Below, piece by piece: positions 32,358-35,555 of a DNA stretch of 35,555 bases (position 1 is the first letter of the stretch; the number at the start of each line of letters is the position of its first letter). The stretch covers positions 248,001 to 283,555 of the forward strand of contig NW_024055478.1 in assembly GCF_902713615.1 (NCBI RefSeq), in the 5' to 3' direction. Origin of the DNA: Scyliorhinus canicula (taxonomy: Eukaryota). The position numbers were made by a program, and so were the translations under genes. Under the pieces are notes generated by a model, which saw nothing but the letters and a program-made list of their open reading frames with translations, was not told the DNA's origin and did not search any database.

Positions 32358-35300
32358 CAAAGAAAGAAAATTACAGCACAGGAACAGGCCCTTCGGCCCT
32401 CCCAACCTGCGCCAATCCAGATCCTTTATCTAAACCTGTTGCCTATTTTCCAAGGATCTACTTCCCTCTGCTCCCCACCCGTTCATATATCTGTCTAGAT
32501 GCATCTTAAATGATGCTATCGTGCCCGCCTCTACCACCTCAGTTGGCAAAGCGTTCCAGGCACCCACCACCCTCTGTGTAAAAAAAAATTCCACGCACAT
32601 CTCCCTTAAACTCTCCCCCTCTCACCTTGAAATCGTGACCGCTTGTAATTGACACCCCCACTCTTGGAAAAAGCTTGTTGCTATCCATCCTGTCCATACC
32701 TTTCATAATTTTGTAGACCTCAATCAGGTCCCCCCTTAACCTCCGTCTTTCCAACGACAACAATCCTAATCTACTCAACCTTTCTTCATAGCTAGCACCC
32801 CCCCCCCCCCGCCCCCCGCATACCAGGCAACATCCTGGTGAACCTCCTCTGCACCCTCTCTAAAGCATCCACATCCTTCTGGCAACGTGGCGACCAGAAC
32901 TGCACGCAGTATTCCAAATGTGGCCTAGCCAAAGTCCGATACAACTGTAACATGACCTGCCTACTCTTGTACTCAATACCCCGTCCGATGAAGGCAAGCA
33001 TGCTGTATGCCTTCTTGACCACTTACACCTTCAGAGTACAATGGACCTGAAATCCCAGATCTCTCTGTACATCAATTTCCCCAGGATCCTCCCATTGACC
33101 ATATAGTCCGCTCTTCAATTGGATCATCCAAAATGCATCACCTCGTTTGCCTGGATTGAACTCCATCTGCCATTTCTCTGCCCAACTCTCCAATCTATCT
33201 ATATTTTCTGTATTCTCTGACAGTCCCCCTCGCTATCTACAACTCCAACAATCTTAGTATCATCCGTAAACTTGCTAATCAGTCCACCTGTACCTTCTTC
33301 TAGATCATTTATGTATATCACAAACAACAGTGGTCCGAGCATGGATCCCTGTGGAACTAGTCACTCTTCTCCATTTTGAGATACTCCCTTCCACCACTAC
33401 TCTCTGTCTCCTGTTGCCCAGCCAGTTCTTATCCATCTAGCTAGTAGACCCTGAACCCCATACGACTTCACTTTTTCCATCAACTTGCCATGGGAAACTT
33501 TATCAAACGCCTTACAAAGTCCATGTATATGACATCTGCAGCCCTTCCCTCAATTAACTTTGTCACTTCCTCAAATAATTCTATTAGGTTTGTAAGACAT
33601 GACCTTCCCTGCACAAAACCATGCCGCCATACACTGATAAATCTATTTTCTTCTAAATGTGAATAGATCATATCCCTCTGTATCTTCTCCAACAGTTTGT
33701 CTACCACTGACGTCTAGCTCACAGGTCCATAATTCATTGGATTACCCTGCTACCCTTCTTAAATAAAGGGATAACATTAGCAATTCTCCAGTCCTCCAGG
33801 ACCTCACCCGTGCTCAAGAATGCTGCAAAGATATCTGTTAAGGCCCCAGCTATTTCGCCCCTCGCTTCCCTCAGGAACCTGGGATAGATCCCATCCGGTC
33901 CTGTGATCGCTATTCCGAAAGTAATCACCGACTGAAACTTCAACCACCTGGCCGGGATCAATCCCCAATACCGGGCCCAGTATGGCCCCTTCCCGAGTTG
34001 GACTATTTACATACTGCTCTAAAAAAAACTCTCCTGGATGCTCCTTACAAACTCTGCTCCATCTACGCCTCCAACACTACACGAGTCCCATTCAATGTTG
34101 GGGAAGTTAAAATCTCCCATCACAACACCCCATTGCTCCTACATTTTTCTATAACCTGTCTCCATAGTTGTACCTCTACATCATGCTCGCTTTTGGGAGG
34201 CCTGTAGTAAAGTCCCAACAATGTTATTGCACCCTTCCTATTTCTTAGCTCCACCCATATTGCCTCATTGCTCGAAACCTCCATCGTGCCCTCCTTAACC
34301 ACAGCTGTGATATAATCTCTGACTAGTAATGCAACTCCTACCCCCTTCTACCTCCCACTCTATCCCTCCTGAAGCATATATACACTGGTATATTCAGTTG
34401 CCAGTCTTGCCCTTTCCTCAAGCAAGTCTCAGTAATACCAATAACATCATATTCCCAGGTACTAATCCAAGCCCTAAATTCATCTGCCTTACCTGCTACA
34501 CATCTCGCATTAAAACAGATGCACCTCAGACCACCTGTCCCTTTGCGTTCATCATGTCTTCCCTGTCTACTCTTCCCCTTAGTCACATTGAGTTTATCAT
34601 CTAGTACCTTACTGGCTTTAGTTGCTGCCTCTTCACTGACCTCTAACTTCCTAATCTGATTCCCACCCCCCCGCCACATTAGTTTAAAACCTCCCCAACA
34701 GTGTTAGCAAAAGCACCCCCTAGGATATTGGTTCCAGTCCTGCCCAGGTGTAGACCATCCGGTTTGTAATGGTCCCACCGCCCCCAGAACCAGTTCCAAT
34801 GTCCCAAAAATCTGAACCCCTCCCTCCTGCACGGTAGCATAGTGGTTAGCATAAATGCTTCACAGCTCCAGGGTCCCAGGTTCGATTCCCGGCTGGGTCA
34901 GTCTGTGCGGAGTCTGCACGTCCTCCCCGTGTGTGCGTGGGTTTCCTCCGGGTGCTCCGGTTTCGTCCCACAGTCCAAAGATGTGCGGGTTAGGTGGATT
35001 GGCCATGCTAAGTTGCCCGTAGTGTCCTAAAAAGTAAGGTTAAGGGGGGGGGGGGGTTGTTCGGTTACGGGTATAGGGTGGATACGTGGGTTTGAGTAGA
35101 GTGATCATTGCTCGGCACAACATCGAGGGCCGAAGGGCCTGTTCTGTGTACTGTTCTATGGTCTATGTTCTATCTCTCAAGCCACGTATTTATTCTGACT
35201 ATTCTTGAATTTCTACTCTGACTGTCTCGTGGCACTGGTAGCAATTCTGAGATTACTACCTTTGCGATCCTACTTTTTAACTTATCCCCTAACTCCCTAA

Positions 35301-35555
35301 ATTCTGATTGTAGGACCTCATCCCGTTTTTTTACCTATATCGTTGGTGCCTATATGCACCACAACAACTGGCTGTTCACCCTCCCCCTTCAGAATGTCCT
35401 GCAGCCGATCTGAGACATCGCTGACCTGTGCACCCGGGAGGCAACATACCATTCGGGAGTCTAATTTCGACCACAGAAACGCCTGTCCACTCACGTTACG
35501 ACTGAATCCTGTGACTATAGCCCTCCAGTCTTTTTCCCGCCCTTCTGTGCAGCAA
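32354..35555 (-). mobile_element. CR1 LINE (ORF1 esterase + ORF2 with about 0.7-kb internal deletion + 3' end), runs off the right edge
   Basis: ORF1 remnants VHIGTND and DGLHLG, stop near 34681; ORF2 CICFNAR, GITET, LYYRPP, NSDH joined directly to GPDGIYP at about 33900; tail at 32354-32375. Confidence 0.88.
34829..35172 (+). mobile_element. HE1/V-SINE with CR1-type (CTATGTT)n tail inserted in CR1 ORF1
   Basis: A/B boxes, V-domain, tail gggccgaagggcctgttctgtgtactgttctatggtctatgttcta; no TSD, only GCAC and AT microhomologies. Confidence 0.9.

Noticed and set aside
33901-34000. Apparently foreign 100-bp segment inside the minus-strand CR1
   Set aside because: Its reverse complement encodes VNSPTREGAIL...GNSDH, the CR1 endonuclease; the junction is just an internal deletion.
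1-35555. CRISPR arrays, rRNA genes or true tRNA genes
   Set aside because: None seen; the tRNA-like A/B boxes all belong to SINE heads and the DNA is vertebrate.

Overview
Repeat-dense cartilaginous-fish (shark-type, probably catshark-like; inferred from the SINE/LINE families and the GPCR family) genomic window, mostly transposon-derived. Two host genes are visible, and the ORF track describes neither correctly. (1) At the left edge, on the minus strand, a 49-nt leader exon (183-231), a 152-bp intron and the start of a second exon (1-30) read MMGNRLAQMLIIISLLNWSHQDTVEQ, resembling an antigen-receptor (TCR-like) V segment, with upstream promoter motifs and a CTCF motif pair. (2) A two-exon class A GPCR of the shark-expanded 'GPR139-like' family (20641-20710 + 16202-17105, minus) has about 6 single-base indels in its 3' third. 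Mobile elements: a young Penelope-like (Neptune-type) 1.5-mer with an inverted 5' piece, a TSD and minimal hammerhead ribozymes; two tiny TSD-flanked insertions from the same ribozyme-bearing terminus; two L1 elements (one full length, one lacking most of ORF1 but with a 12-bp TSD); many CR1 pieces; tRNA-derived SINEs with three different tail types; a Harbinger Myb/SANT remnant; and a Harbinger-type MITE with a CTG TSD. All alignments were done by eye. Many homopolymer indels suggest residual long-read errors, so frameshift calls are provisional.
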